This document shows, in pieces, positions 13,162 to 22,633 of a stretch of DNA of 32,000 nt. The stretch covers positions 120,001 through 152,000 of the forward strand of contig NZ_FNLK01000015.1 of the NCBI RefSeq assembly GCF_900105015.1, in the 5' to 3' direction. The translations under genes and the position numbers were made by a program. The notes below the pieces were generated by a model. That model saw only the letters and a list, made by a program, of their open reading frames with translations, ran no database searches and was not told the origin of the DNA. Source of the DNA: Schaalia meyeri. Lineage in GTDB: Bacteria > Actinomycetota > Actinomycetes > Actinomycetales > Actinomycetaceae. How positions within the stretch are numbered: the stretch's first letter is position 1; every line of letters starts with the position of its first letter.

Positions 13162-14043
13162 GTGACCACAATCATCGACTACGTTCAAGGCGCGGTGGCG
13201 CCGCTTCGCGCCGACCTGACGCCTGCCGACGCCCTGGCGCTCTGCGCGCTGGTCAACGTGGATTTCCACGCGCTGCCAGGCCCCCGGTCTGCCCGAGGGT
13301 GCGCACTGCGCGAGGTTGCCCGGGCCTCGTCCATACGGGCCCTGTACCGCCACGCCATGGTCACGCACCGCGACCGCCCCCTCCTGGAGGCCGTCGGTGC
13401 CAGCCCGCGCTTTCGCGACCTGCTGGTGCGCCACGCGGTCACCCGCCTGGTTTCCCGCCCGCTCGCTCAGTTCGGTGCCGCGACCTTCGTCGACGGTTCC
13501 GGCGCCGCCTACGTGGTCTTCCGCGGGACGGACGCGAGCTCGGTCGGATTCGCGGAGGACGCGCGTTTCGGCCTGGACTTCCCGACGGATTCTCAGCGGT
13601 GGGCGGCGCGATACCTGAGATTTGCGGCCGAGCACGCCAGCGGACCGGTCTCGGTGTTGGGACACTCAAAGGGCGGTAACTTGGCGCTCTATGCTGCCGC
13701 TGCCGCCACCCCCGGCTCTCTTGAGCACGTGTACGCCTGTGACCCGGTGGGATTTCCCGCGCAGGTCGTCGACTCCGGATTGTTCTCGGGGATCGCGGCG
13801 TTAACGAGCGCCTACGTCACCGCGGGCTCCTGGGTCAGTCCGCTCCTGCCCCTGCCGGTGCCCACGACGGTCGTGGATTCCTCCTGGCCCGGTCCGCTCA
13901 GCCACAACCCCTATGCGTGGCTGACGCAGGGCCCGCAGCTGCGGCGCGACTCCCGTGACCGGTCGCGCTCGGGCGCGTTGCTCGCCCGGGTTCTCCACCT
14001 GGCGCTCAGGGTGCGTCCAACGCGCATCAACGAGCCACGCTGA
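13162..14043 (+). CDS. DUF2974 / Mbeg1-like alpha/beta-hydrolase-fold protein (lipase-like)
   Basis: YVVFRGTDASSVGFAEDA and the nucleophile-elbow-like VLGHSKGGNLALYAAA resemble the Mbeg1-like family. The track start is GTG 13144. I prefer GTG 13162 because GAAGGAAG sits about 5 nt upstream. The end is fixed at 14043. Confidence 0.75.
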   Translation: MTTIIDYVQGAVAPLRADLTPADALALCALVNVDFHALPGPRSARGCALREVARASSIRALYRHAMVTHRDRPLLEAVGASPRFRDLLVRHAVTRLVSRPLAQFGAATFVDGSGAAYVVFRGTDASSVGFAEDARFGLDFPTDSQRWAARYLRFAAEHASGPVSVLGHSKGGNLALYAAAAATPGSLEHVYACDPVGFPAQVVDSGLFSGIAALTSAYVTAGSWVSPLLPLPVPTTVVDSSWPGPLSHNPYAWLTQGPQLRRDSRDRSRSGALLARVLHLALRVRPTRINEPR

Positions 14044-14086
14044 CGTCCCGCACAACCGGTGCGACCGGCGCGATTCCGGGCACAGC

Positions 14087-14113
14087 AAAAGGGGCCGGCT
14101 GCAAGCCGACCCC
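14087..14113 (-). terminator. Rho-independent terminator after DUF3566 (end of the gyrB-gyrA-DUF3566 unit); may act in both directions
   Basis: On the minus strand: GGGGTCGGC, loop TTGCA, GCCGGCCCC, then TTTTG. The stem is 9 bp with one mismatch and lies 14 nt after the DUF3566 stop, in the convergent gap with the DUF2974 gene. Confidence 0.6.
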
Positions 14114-14126
14114 CAGGCGCGTTTCC

Positions 14127-14519
14127 TCATTCGTCCATGAGGGACACCTTGATGCCACCCACCAGTGAGGCGACGACGTTGTACAACATGGCTCCCAGCG
14201 TCGACAGGGCGGTCAGCAGCACGACATTGATGACCGCGACGATCGTCGCATAGGAGGTGACGCGCGGCAGGCGCGCGTAGTCCAGCAGCTCCACGTAGCG
14301 GCCGGCGCCCACGGTCTGTAAGAACTCCTCGAGCTGACTGAACACGTGCATGGCGTCCACCATGAGCCACAGGACGACCGTGGCGACGACCGTGGCGATG
14401 CCCAGGGCGACGGACAGCAGGAACGACACTTTCATGACGGTCCACGCGTCAATACGCGCGATCGCCAGGTCAACTCGACGGGGAGCGTCGCTGCGGGCAC
14501 TCGAGACGTGGTCGCTCAT
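14127..14519 (-). CDS. DUF3566 transmembrane protein (Rv0007-like position downstream of gyrA)
   Basis: 130 aa. IARIDAWTVMKVSFLLSVALGIATVVATVVLWLMV and a second TM, NVVLLTALSTLGAMLYNVVASLVGG. GGAAGGA lies upstream of ATG 14519. Confidence 0.85.
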   Translation of the reverse strand: MSDHVSSARSDAPRRVDLAIARIDAWTVMKVSFLLSVALGIATVVATVVLWLMVDAMHVFSQLEEFLQTVGAGRYVELLDYARLPRVTSYATIVAVINVVLLTALSTLGAMLYNVVASLVGGIKVSLMDE

Positions 14520-14645
14520 GGGTTTCCTTCCAGGTCACACTTTCTACTTGCCAGGCTACCGCATCGCCCGGCCCCGGTGCTGGATCCGCGCCGCTTTGGT
14601 AGCTTGATCACGGGATGAGGCGGCCCCTTGCCCCGCGATTTCGCG

Positions 14646-17246
14646 TCACTCGCGGGACTCTTCGGGGGCGTTGCCGCCGTCGGCATCCGCCGCCTCGTCT
14701 TTAGCGGCGTCGGCCAGACCGGCCTCCTCGGCGGTCGCGTCCTCGTCATCTTCATCACCCGCAGAATCGGAGCTGCGGGTGATCGCGATGATGCGGTCCC
14801 CGTCGTCCGGTCGGGCGAAGATGACGCCCATGGTGTTACGGGCGGTGGGCCTCACGTCGGAGGCGTTGACCTGGACGAGCTTGCCGGACTCCGTGATGAC
14901 CATGACGTCCTCGTCGGGCCGCACGACGAGGGCTCCGACCAGCCCGCCGCGCTCGTCGACGAGCTTGCCGACTCGCACGCCGAGCGTGCCGCGCGACTTG
15001 GTCGGGTATTCCTCGACGGGGGTGCGCTTGGCGTAGCCGGTTTCCGTGACGATCAACAGATCCGTGTCCTCGTGGGGCACCTCCATGGACAGCAGCTCGT
15101 CGTCGCCGCGGAACTTCATGCCGCGCACGCCGGAGGTGGACCGTCCCATCGCGCGGAGTTGGTCATCGGTGGCCGTGAAGCGCACAGCCTGGCCGTCGCG
15201 CGACACCAGGATCAGGTCCTCGTCGGCCATGACGACCTGCGCGGACACCAGCTCGTCGGATTTTCCTTCCTCGTCTTCGCGCAGGTTGATGGCGATGATA
15301 CCGCCGGATCGGGGCGAGTTGTACAGGCTGAGGGGGGTCTTCTTCACGAGGCCCCGCTTGGTGGCCAGGACCAGGTAGTCGGCGTCCTCATAGGTGCGGA
15401 TTGCCAGGACCTGTGCGATGTGTTCGTCGGGCTGGAAGGCCAGCAGGTTCGCGACGTGCTGCCCCTTGGCGTCGCGGCCGCCCTCGGGTATCTCGTAGGC
15501 CTTCGCGCGGTAGACGCGCCCCAGGTTGGTAAAGAACAGCAGCCAGTGATGCGTGGTGGTGACGAAGAAATGTTCCACCACGTCGTCGCCCCGCAGCTGG
15601 GTGCCGCGCACGCCCTTGCCGCCGCGCTTTTGCGAGCGGTAGTTGTCCGTGCGTGTCCGCTTGGCAAACCCGTCGCGTGTGATGGTGACCACGACGTCCT
15701 CTTCGGGAATCAGGTCCTCCATCGACATGTCCCCATCGAAGGGCAGGATGCGGGTACGGCGCTCGTCGCCGAACTTGTCGACGATCTCGGTGAGCTCCTC
15801 CGAGATGATCGCCCGCTGGCGCTCGGGGGTGCCCAGGATGTCATTGAGGTCGTCCACGCGGGCTTTGAGCTCGGCGTGCTCGTCCATGATCTTTTGGCGC
15901 TCCAGGGCGGCCAGGCGGCGCAGCTGGAGGGCCAGGATCGCGTCGGCCTGGACAGTGTCGACGTCGAGCAGGTCGATCAGCCCGGCGCGGGCCTCGTCGA
16001 CGGTGGGGGAGCGACGGATGAGGGCGATGACATCGTCCAGGGCGTCGAGTGCTTTCAGGTAGCCCTCCAGGATGTGCAGGCGCTCAAGGGCCTTGCGCAG
16101 GCGGAATCGCGTGCGGCGCACGATGACGTCGATCTGGTGGGTGATCCAGTGGCGGATGAATCCGTCGATCGAGAGGGTGCGGGGCACGCCGTCGACCAGG
16201 GCCAGCATGTTCGCGGAGAAATTTTCCTGCAGGGGAGTGCGCTTGTACAGGTTGTTGAGAACGACCTTTGCGACGGCGTCACGCTTGAGGACGATGACCA
16301 GGCGCTGGCCGGTGCGGCCCGAGGTTTCGTCGCGGATGTCGGCGATGCCGCTGATCTGTCCGTCGCGCACCAGCTGGGCGATCTTGTCGGCCAGGTTGTC
16401 GGGGTTGACCTGGTAGGGCAGTTCGGTGACGACCAGGCACTGGCGTCCCTGGATCTCCTCTACGTTCACGACCGCGCGCTGCGTGATGGAGCCGCGGCCC
16501 GTGCGGTAGGCGTCCTCGATGCCCTTACGGCCCAGGATGGTGGCGCCGGTGGGGAAGTCGGGTCCGGGGATGATGGTCAAAAGCGCTTCGAGCAGCTCTT
16601 CGCGGGTGGCCTCGGGATGGGCGAGCGCCCATTCGACGCCGCGCGCGACCTCGCGCAGGTTGTGCGGCGGGATGCGCGTGGCCATGCCGACGGCGATACC
16701 TTCGGAGCCGTTGGCCAAAAGGTTCGGGAAGCGGGCGGGCAGGATGGTGGGTTCCTTGTTACGTCCGTCGTAGTTGTCCTGGAAGTCGACGCATTCTTCG
16801 TCGATATCGCGAACCATTTCCATGGCCAGGGGCGCCATCTTGCATTCCGTGTAACGGGGGGCGGCGGGACCCAGGTTGCCCGGGGTTCCGAAGTTACCCT
16901 GCCCGGCCACCAGCGGGTAGCGCATCGACCAGGGCTGCACCAGGCGCGCCAGGGCGTCGTAGATCGCCGCGTCGCCGTGCGGATGGTAGTTGCCCATGAC
17001 CTCACCGACGACGCGGGAGGACTTGGAGAAGGAGGAGGTGGGCCGGTATCCGCCGTCATACATGGCGTACAGGACGCGGCGGTGGACGGGCTTGAGGCCA
17101 TCGCGCACGTCCGGCAGGGCGCGTCCGACGATGACGCTCATGGCGTAGTCGAGATAGGAGCGCTGCATTTCTTTTTGCAGGTCGACCTGTCGGATGCGCT
17201 CGGTCTCCGAGATGTGTCGCGCGTCCGTAATCTGCTCGTCGCTCAC
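14646..17246 (-). CDS. gyrA: DNA gyrase subunit A
   Basis: 866 aa. [54 protein letters not shown] (QRDR region), beta-pinwheel repeats and an acidic C-terminal tail. GTG start with AAGGA upstream. Confidence 0.97.
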   Translation of the reverse strand: MSDEQITDARHISETERIRQVDLQKEMQRSYLDYAMSVIVGRALPDVRDGLKPVHRRVLYAMYDGGYRPTSSFSKSSRVVGEVMGNYHPHGDAAIYDALARLVQPWSMRYPLVAGQGNFGTPGNLGPAAPRYTECKMAPLAMEMVRDIDEECVDFQDNYDGRNKEPTILPARFPNLLANGSEGIAVGMATRIPPHNLREVARGVEWALAHPEATREELLEALLTIIPGPDFPTGATILGRKGIEDAYRTGRGSITQRAVVNVEEIQGRQCLVVTELPYQVNPDNLADKIAQLVRDGQISGIADIRDETSGRTGQRLVIVLKRDAVAKVVLNNLYKRTPLQENFSANMLALVDGVPRTLSIDGFIRHWITHQIDVIVRRTRFRLRKALERLHILEGYLKALDALDDVIALIRRSPTVDEARAGLIDLLDVDTVQADAILALQLRRLAALERQKIMDEHAELKARVDDLNDILGTPERQRAIISEELTEIVDKFGDERRTRILPFDGDMSMEDLIPEEDVVVTITRDGFAKRTRTDNYRSQKRGGKGVRGTQLRGDDVVEHFFVTTTHHWLLFFTNLGRVYRAKAYEIPEGGRDAKGQHVANLLAFQPDEHIAQVLAIRTYEDADYLVLATKRGLVKKTPLSLYNSPRSGGIIAINLREDEEGKSDELVSAQVVMADEDLILVSRDGQAVRFTATDDQLRAMGRSTSGVRGMKFRGDDELLSMEVPHEDTDLLIVTETGYAKRTPVEEYPTKSRGTLGVRVGKLVDERGGLVGALVVRPDEDVMVITESGKLVQVNASDVRPTARNTMGVIFARPDDGDRIIAITRSSDSAGDEDDEDATAEEAGLADAAKDEAADADGGNAPEESRE

Positions 17247-17321
17247 TTTTTTCCTTACGTTGTTCCTGCTTGATCACGGCCCGCGGCGGGGGCTTGCAGC
17301 CGCGGGCCGGTGGTGGTTCTC

Positions 17322-19346
17322 TCAGATGTCGAGGAAGCGCACGTCGGTGGCGTTGCGCTGGATAAACGTGCGGCGCCTGTCAACGTCGTCGCCCATGAGG
17401 ATGGTGAAGGTTTCGTCGGCGTCCGCGGCCTCGTCCAGGGTGACCTGCTTGAGGATCCGATGGTCGGGATCCATGGTGGTTTCCCATAGTTCATGATCGT
17501 TCATTTCGCCGAGGCCTTTGTAGCGCTGGATGGCGCCCTCCTTGGGCAGGCGGTGGTTTGCCGCCGCGCCTGCCGCGAGCAATTCGTCGCGTTCCCGATC
17601 GGAGTAAGCGAACTGGTGCTCGGCGTTGGTCCACTTGATGCGGTACAGCGGGGGCATCGCGATGAAGGTGTGGCCGCCTTCGATGAGGGGCCGCATGTAG
17701 CGGAACAGCAGGGTCAGCAACAGGGTCGCGATGTGCTGGCCGTCGACATCGGCGTCCGCCATGATGACAATCTTGCCGTAGCGCAGTTTGGAGATGTCGA
17801 AATCCTCACCGATGCCCGTGCCGAAGGCAGTGATGAGGGAGCGGATCGTGTCGGAGGACAGGGCTCGATCCAGGCGCGCCTTTTCAACGTTGAGGATCTT
17901 GCCTCGGATCGGCAGGATCGCCTGGTGTTCGGGGTCGCGGCCACCGACCGCGGAGCCGCCCGCGGAGTCACCCTCGACGATGAAGATCTCGCACTCAGAG
18001 GGGGTGCGGGACGAGCAATCGCGCAGCTTGCCGGGCATGGAGGCGGATTCGAGGACACCCTTACGCCTCGTGGCCTCACGTGCCTTGCGTGCGGCGACGC
18101 GCGCGGCCTGGGCAGCCTGTCCCTTGGCGATGATGGCCTTCGCGTCGGCGGGGTGCGCGTCAAACCAATCGGTGAGCTTGGAGTAGACCTGCTGTGCCAC
18201 GAAGGTGCGCGCCTCAGTGTTGCCGAGCTTGGTCTTGGTTTGTCCTTCGAACTGGGGTTCGGTGAGCTTGATCGAGATGACGGCGGTCAGGCCTTCGCGC
18301 ACGTCGTCGCCCGTGAGGTTATCGTCCTTGTCGCGGATGATCCCCTTGTCGCGGCCGTAGCGGTTGACCAGGGAGGTCAGCGCCGTGCGGAAGCCCTCCT
18401 CGTGCATGCCGCCCTCGGTCGTGTTGATCGTGTTGGCGAAGGTGTGGACCGAGGAGGAGTAGGCGCTGGTCCACTGCATGGCGATCTCGACGCTCATGGT
18501 GTCCTCGTCGTTCTCGGCCTCAAAGTCGATGACCTCTTTATTGATCGTGTCGGTCTTCTTGGCCGAATCCAGGTATTCCACGTAGTCGCGCAGGCCGTGT
18601 TCGTAGCGGTAGGAGACCGTGCGATGCCCCTTCGTTTCCCTGTCCGAGGCCGCCTCTTTGCCGGCGATCTCGTCGCCCTCGTCGGTCGCGAACTCGCGTT
18701 CGTCGGTCAGGGTGATGCGCAGGCCCTTGTTGAGGAAGGCCATCTGCTGGAAACGCTGGCGCAGGGTCTCGAAGTCGAATTCGACGGTTTCAAAGATCGT
18801 GGGATCCGGGTAGAACACCTGGGTGGTGCCCGTCTCGTCGGTTTTTTCGCCGCGAACGAGCTCGGTGATAGGGGTGCCGCCGTTTGCGAACGACATGCGC
18901 CACACGTAACCCTGGCGGCGGATTTCCGTGTTCACGCGGGTGGAGAGCGCATTGACGACGGAGATGCCGACGCCGTGCAGGCCGCCGGAGACGGCGTATC
19001 CGCCGCCGCCGAACTTGCCGCCGGCGTGCAGGATCGTCATGACGACTTCGACCGTGGGTTTGTGTTCCGTGGGGTGTTCATCGACGGGGATGCCTCGGCC
19101 GTTGTCGACGACCTTGATGCCGCCGTCGGCCTGGATCGTGACCTCGATATGGTCCGCGTAGCCTGCCAGGGCCTCGTCAACGGAGTTGTCGACGACCTCG
19201 TACACCAGGTGGTGCAGGCCGCGCTCGCCGGTGGATCCGATGTACATGCCCGGGCGTTTACGCACGGCTTCCAGGCCCTCGAGGACAGTGATGTCCGATG
19301 CGCCGTAGGTCTGTTTGCCTTCGGCGTTCTTCTCGTTGTCAGCCAC
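17322..19346 (-). CDS. gyrB: DNA gyrase subunit B
   Basis: [66 protein letters not shown] and [10 protein letters not shown] motifs are present. The track start is TTG 19400. I trim to GTG 19346 ([12 protein letters not shown]..) because GAGGGGAG lies just upstream and a -10-like element lies inside the longer ORF. The start is moderately uncertain. Confidence 0.93.
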   Translation of the reverse strand: MADNEKNAEGKQTYGASDITVLEGLEAVRKRPGMYIGSTGERGLHHLVYEVVDNSVDEALAGYADHIEVTIQADGGIKVVDNGRGIPVDEHPTEHKPTVEVVMTILHAGGKFGGGGYAVSGGLHGVGISVVNALSTRVNTEIRRQGYVWRMSFANGGTPITELVRGEKTDETGTTQVFYPDPTIFETVEFDFETLRQRFQQMAFLNKGLRITLTDEREFATDEGDEIAGKEAASDRETKGHRTVSYRYEHGLRDYVEYLDSAKKTDTINKEVIDFEAENDEDTMSVEIAMQWTSAYSSSVHTFANTINTTEGGMHEEGFRTALTSLVNRYGRDKGIIRDKDDNLTGDDVREGLTAVISIKLTEPQFEGQTKTKLGNTEARTFVAQQVYSKLTDWFDAHPADAKAIIAKGQAAQAARVAARKAREATRRKGVLESASMPGKLRDCSSRTPSECEIFIVEGDSAGGSAVGGRDPEHQAILPIRGKILNVEKARLDRALSSDTIRSLITAFGTGIGEDFDISKLRYGKIVIMADADVDGQHIATLLLTLLFRYMRPLIEGGHTFIAMPPLYRIKWTNAEHQFAYSDRERDELLAAGAAANHRLPKEGAIQRYKGLGEMNDHELWETTMDPDHRILKQVTLDEAADADETFTILMGDDVDRRRTFIQRNATDVRFLDI

Positions 19347-19390
19347 GTGGCTCCCCTCGCATTGCGCGAAAATCATGTTTAACCTTGCAG

Positions 19391-19399
19391 ATTCTATCA
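19391..19399 (-). promoter_or_regulatory. Candidate extended -10 promoter for gyrB
   Basis: The minus strand reads TGATAGAAT (TGn plus TAGAAT), about 45 nt upstream of GTG 19346. No convincing -35. Confidence 0.35.
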
Positions 19400-19517
19400 A
19401 AAATGGCGGTTCTACCCCGGATTGACAGGCGCGGAGGGTTACTTTACAAACTGTGTGATTTCAACGAAAAACCCACTGTGACCAGTCACATTTCAATTGT
19501 GACGGTGGGAACGAACA

Positions 19518-19545
19518 GGGTCGCCCTCCATGAGGAGGGCGACCC
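19518..19545 (-). terminator. GC hairpin terminating the 302-aa membrane-protein gene
   Basis: Perfect 12-bp stem GGGTCGCCCTCC / GGAGGGCGACCC with a 4-nt loop, about 90 nt after the stop at 19635. The minus-strand trail TGTTCGTT is only moderately T-rich. Confidence 0.5.
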
Positions 19546-19634
19546 ATCGTGCTCAGGCAAAAGGCGCCACGCGTGCCCATCGGCACCATTTTGCGGATCG
19601 CCTGCGCGGACGCCCCGGCGAACCCTTCACCGAA

Positions 19635-20543
19635 TCACTTCGGCTGCCACGTCCAATACTCCATCTTCTGTCCCTTCGCTTCGAGAACCATCCAGCTCAT
19701 GTCACGGAACTCAACCGGAGTGTTCTTCTTAGGGGCTTTGTAATAGGCAACGAGTTCGCCGGACTTCCCCGGTTGTACATCCTCCAAGCCCGGAACCAGC
19801 TCGTAGTCTTTGGGCGCGGACACGAACAGGTAGCTGGCATGCTCGAGGCTCTCCCCGTTCTGGTAGGGCTTCACGTACTCAAGGGTCGGTATCGTCTCTT
19901 TCTCGTTATTGTGCACGCGATAGACGACCCGGATAGTCTCATCTTTGTTATCGTCCTGCGGGCCACTCTCGATGCTGACGATGTCAAAGGTGACGTTTGA
20001 GCCATAAACCTGCTGGCTGTGGAGCGCCCCCGAGGAGCCTCCGTTTCCGTTCGCGGGTGCGGAGGAATCGGCACCCGGCGAGGAGTCGGCACTCGGTGAG
20101 GAACCGGCATTCGGTGAGGAACCGGCATTCGGATCCGACGATCCGGAACCCGACATGGCCCACACGACCCCGCCAACGACAATGGCAAAGACGACGAGAC
20201 CGGCAACGATGCCGATGATCAAAGGGGCTTTCGACTTACCTTTCTGCGGGGGAGCGCCCTGGGGAAAACCACCTGGCTGACCGTAGCCCTGCGGAAAACC
20301 GCCCGGCGCCTGTCCGCCGTAGGGATCAGGCCCATAACCCTGCTGGCCCTGCGGATAACCCGCCTGAGGCTCCCCCTGGTACTGCCCGGGGGCGTAGCCA
20401 CCCGGCTGACCGTAACCTGGCTGGTAGCCTCCGTATCCGGCCTGCTGGCCCTGCCCGCCGTAGGGATCAGGCCCATAACCTTGCTGCCCCTGCGGATAAC
20501 CACCCCAGCCTTTACCATCTTGCGGCGCGTATGGATTGCTCAT
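19635..20543 (-). CDS. Single-pass membrane protein: G/Y/P/Q-rich repetitive cytoplasmic N-terminus, TM, Ser-rich linker, beta-rich ectodomain (DUF4352/DUF5067-like, tentative)
   Basis: 302 aa. N-terminus has GYPQGQQGYGPDPYGGQ twice. TM is APLIIGIVAGLVVFAIVVGGVVWAM. Linker is SSPNAGSSPNAGSSPSADSSPGADSS. The ectodomain TFDIVSIESGP..IRVVYRVHNNEKETI..PYQNGESLE..GKSGELVAYYKAP resembles Ig-like lipoprotein domains. The domain name is unverified. Confidence 0.7.
   Translation of the reverse strand: MSNPYAPQDGKGWGGYPQGQQGYGPDPYGGQGQQAGYGGYQPGYGQPGGYAPGQYQGEPQAGYPQGQQGYGPDPYGGQAPGGFPQGYGQPGGFPQGAPPQKGKSKAPLIIGIVAGLVVFAIVVGGVVWAMSGSGSSDPNAGSSPNAGSSPSADSSPGADSSAPANGNGGSSGALHSQQVYGSNVTFDIVSIESGPQDDNKDETIRVVYRVHNNEKETIPTLEYVKPYQNGESLEHASYLFVSAPKDYELVPGLEDVQPGKSGELVAYYKAPKKNTPVEFRDMSWMVLEAKGQKMEYWTWQPK
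20093..20128. repeat. Perfect 18-nt tandem repeat x2 (encodes NAGSSP x2)
   Basis: tcggtgaggaaccggcat occurs at 20093-20110 and again at 20111-20128. Confidence 0.9.
20314..20501. repeat. 47-nt direct repeat pair, 141 nt apart and in frame (encodes the repeated GYPQGQQGYGPDPYGG block)
   Basis: 20314-20360 versus 20455-20501 shows 45/47 identity by my base-by-base comparison. Confidence 0.85.
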
Positions 20544-20648
20544 TTTTTCTCCTCAACAGGCCCCAAAAAGAGCGGGCCAACAGGCATCAGCGTAGCAAAC
20601 TCCGTCGCACCGCAGGGGGCTCATCGGGGGTACTCTTACCCGAGCGTC

Positions 20649-21443
20649 CTATCCGTAGTCGGCCCGTGGTCCGCGTCCGCGCACCACGTACGGGCCTTTC
20701 CTCCAGGAGGGGGCGACGGGACCGCGGATGATGACCTGTTCGACCACGCCGGGGCCGACTTCCTCGACGATGCGCCTCTCGATCGTGGGCAGCAGAAGCT
20801 GGAGCTGCTTCGCCCAAGCGGTGGAGTCGGTGCGCACGATCAGTCGGTGTCCTTCGAAAGTTTCTATGCGGGCGTGGTCAGCAACTTGGGGTCCAACGAT
20901 GGTCCTCCACTGAGCCATGATGGACCCCATTTTGGTGGGGGTATCCCAGGCACGCGAGCTGATGGTTTTGGCCAGGATGGCGCCCAGGGAGTTCGCCCGC
21001 CTGTAGCGCGGGCGCATGGCGGCCAGGCCGGGTGAACGGCTCCACGACGCGCCGGTGGTGGCCAGCGCTCGGCGCAGCGCATCAAGGTCGCCTTCGGGAT
21101 CCTCGTCGGGGGATGGGGGCGTTGATCCGAGGCGGCCCGCGTGCCCGTACGCGGCGGCTCGGGCGGTCGCGCGCGCCGCCGCTCCATCTTCGTCGCCCAG
21201 ACGGCCCAGTCCGTCGGTTTCGATGGCGGCGTATTCGCTGGATCCGTCGAGGGTACGGCGAGGCCGCGTTTCGTTAAGCCCCCAGGATGGCAGGGTGGAT
21301 CGCGTATAGCCGTGACCTCGCGCGACTCGTTGAGCTCGTTCGAGGGCGCGGACGACGAATTCGTCGGCGTCATCGGCCTGTGTCACGATGCCGGGATCGT
21401 TCGCGCGCGCCGAGGCGTCGGAAAGATGTGCGCTGTCAGCCAT
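20649..21443 (-). CDS. dciA: DUF721 protein (DciA-type, Rv0004-like position downstream of recF)
   Basis: The C-terminus AQWRTIVGPQVADHARIETFEGHRLIVRTDSTAWAKQLQLLLPTIERRIVEEVGPGVVEQVIIRGP is the DUF721 signature. Track ORF (to 21863) trimmed to ATG 21443 (MADSAHLSD), which overlaps the recF stop by 8 nt. Confidence 0.8.
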   Translation of the reverse strand: MADSAHLSDASARANDPGIVTQADDADEFVVRALERAQRVARGHGYTRSTLPSWGLNETRPRRTLDGSSEYAAIETDGLGRLGDEDGAAARATARAAAYGHAGRLGSTPPSPDEDPEGDLDALRRALATTGASWSRSPGLAAMRPRYRRANSLGAILAKTISSRAWDTPTKMGSIMAQWRTIVGPQVADHARIETFEGHRLIVRTDSTAWAKQLQLLLPTIERRIVEEVGPGVVEQVIIRGPVAPSWRKGPYVVRGRGPRADYG

Positions 21444-22632
21444 GTTCAGCCCCTTCGATGATCGTTCCCCGATCAGGATCGAGACGCACATGCAGGGTGT
21501 GGTGGTCCAGCGTGGGGGGCAGGTCCGCAGCGACGGCGCAGGTGACGATGATCTGCTCCGCTTTCGAGGCCAGGGCGGCCAGGCCGGCGCGCCGCGAAGA
21601 ATCGAGTTCGGCGAAAACGTCGTCGAGGATGAGAATGGGGGTTTCTTCGCCGTCGGTGAGCAACTCGAAGGCGCCCAAACGCAGGGCGAGTGCGACGGAC
21701 CAGGATTCGCCGTGGGAGGCGTAGCCCTTGACGGGCATAGATCCCAGACTGAGGACGAGGTCGTCGCGGTGCGCCCCCACCAGGTTGACGCCGCGTTCTG
21801 TTTCCTTTTCGCGCACGTGGGCCAGGGCTGCGAGCATCCGATCGGTCTGCGCATCCACGTCACTCAGGTCTGCGCTGGCAAGATTGCCCGGATCCGTGCC
21901 GATCACACGGTCGACGGAGGCATCGAAGACCAGTTGCAGGTGTCGGGGAGAGTCGGCCACGTCGTCGTAGGAGCGAGCGGCCAACGCCTTAAGGTCGCTC
22001 ACGATGGCGGCCCTGGTCGCTGTGATCCGGGCGGATAGCGCGGCAAACTGGCAGTCCCACACGTGAAGAGTCGACAGGTCGGGGACTTTCCCCCTGCGCA
22101 CCGCTCCCTGCGCGCTCTTCATGAGAGCTGCCCGTTGGCGGGCGACGCGATCAAAATCCGAGCGCACGGAGGCGTGCATGGGGCGCAGCTGGGTGGCCAG
22201 ATCGTCCAGGAAAGCGCGCCTCACGGAGGGATCGGAGCGCACGAGCGACAGGTCCTCAGGGGCAAAGACGACCGTGCGCACGATTCCCAGGATGTCGCGG
22301 GGTTTCACCTGGGCCCTGTTGATGCGTGCCCTGTTCGCTTTTCCGCGCACGATTTCGAGCTCGACCACCTGCTCGCGGCCCGAGGCCACGACACGCGCGC
22401 GGATGACGGCCCCGCCCGGGACTGCATCGGCCTCGTCGGTGGGGACGCGCACGAGCGCGGTCTCCGCGCCCACCCTGTGCGACGAGAACGTGGACAGGTA
22501 GGCCAGCGCCTCGACGACGTTCGTCTTACCCTGCCCGTTCGCGCCCACCAGGACCGTGGTTCCGGCGGGCAGCTCAACAACTCCGTGCTTCCACGAGCGG
22601 AAGTCGTCGAGAGCCAGGTGGGAGACGCGCAC
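21436..22632 (-). CDS. recF: DNA replication/repair protein RecF
   Basis: 398 aa. LVGANGQGKTNVVEALAYL is the Walker A motif, GSMPVKGYASHGESWSVALALRLG the signature region, and ILILDDVFAELD the Walker B motif. GTG start one nt after the dnaN stop. Confidence 0.95.
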   Translation of the reverse strand: MRVSHLALDDFRSWKHGVVELPAGTTVLVGANGQGKTNVVEALAYLSTFSSHRVGAETALVRVPTDEADAVPGGAVIRARVVASGREQVVELEIVRGKANRARINRAQVKPRDILGIVRTVVFAPEDLSLVRSDPSVRRAFLDDLATQLRPMHASVRSDFDRVARQRAALMKSAQGAVRRGKVPDLSTLHVWDCQFAALSARITATRAAIVSDLKALAARSYDDVADSPRHLQLVFDASVDRVIGTDPGNLASADLSDVDAQTDRMLAALAHVREKETERGVNLVGAHRDDLVLSLGSMPVKGYASHGESWSVALALRLGAFELLTDGEETPILILDDVFAELDSSRRAGLAALASKAEQIIVTCAVAADLPPTLDHHTLHVRLDPDRGTIIEGAEHG

Positions 22633-22633
22633 G

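Noticed and set aside
14628-19382. 881-aa and 629-aa plus-strand ORFs antisense to gyrA and gyrB
   Set aside because: They mirror the gyrase genes exactly. The translations are low-complexity (G/D/V/A/R/H-rich), and the minus-strand gyrase translations are canonical.
20649-21863. N-terminal extensions offered by the ORF track: dciA to 21863, murJ from 6575, dnaN to 23857, rpmH from 25881, yidD from 26447, gnd to 2368, gyrB to 19400
   Set aside because: The extensions overlap upstream genes or intergenic DNA, lack RBS support and have shadow-like composition. Conserved N-termini and SD sequences support the trimmed starts given in the features.
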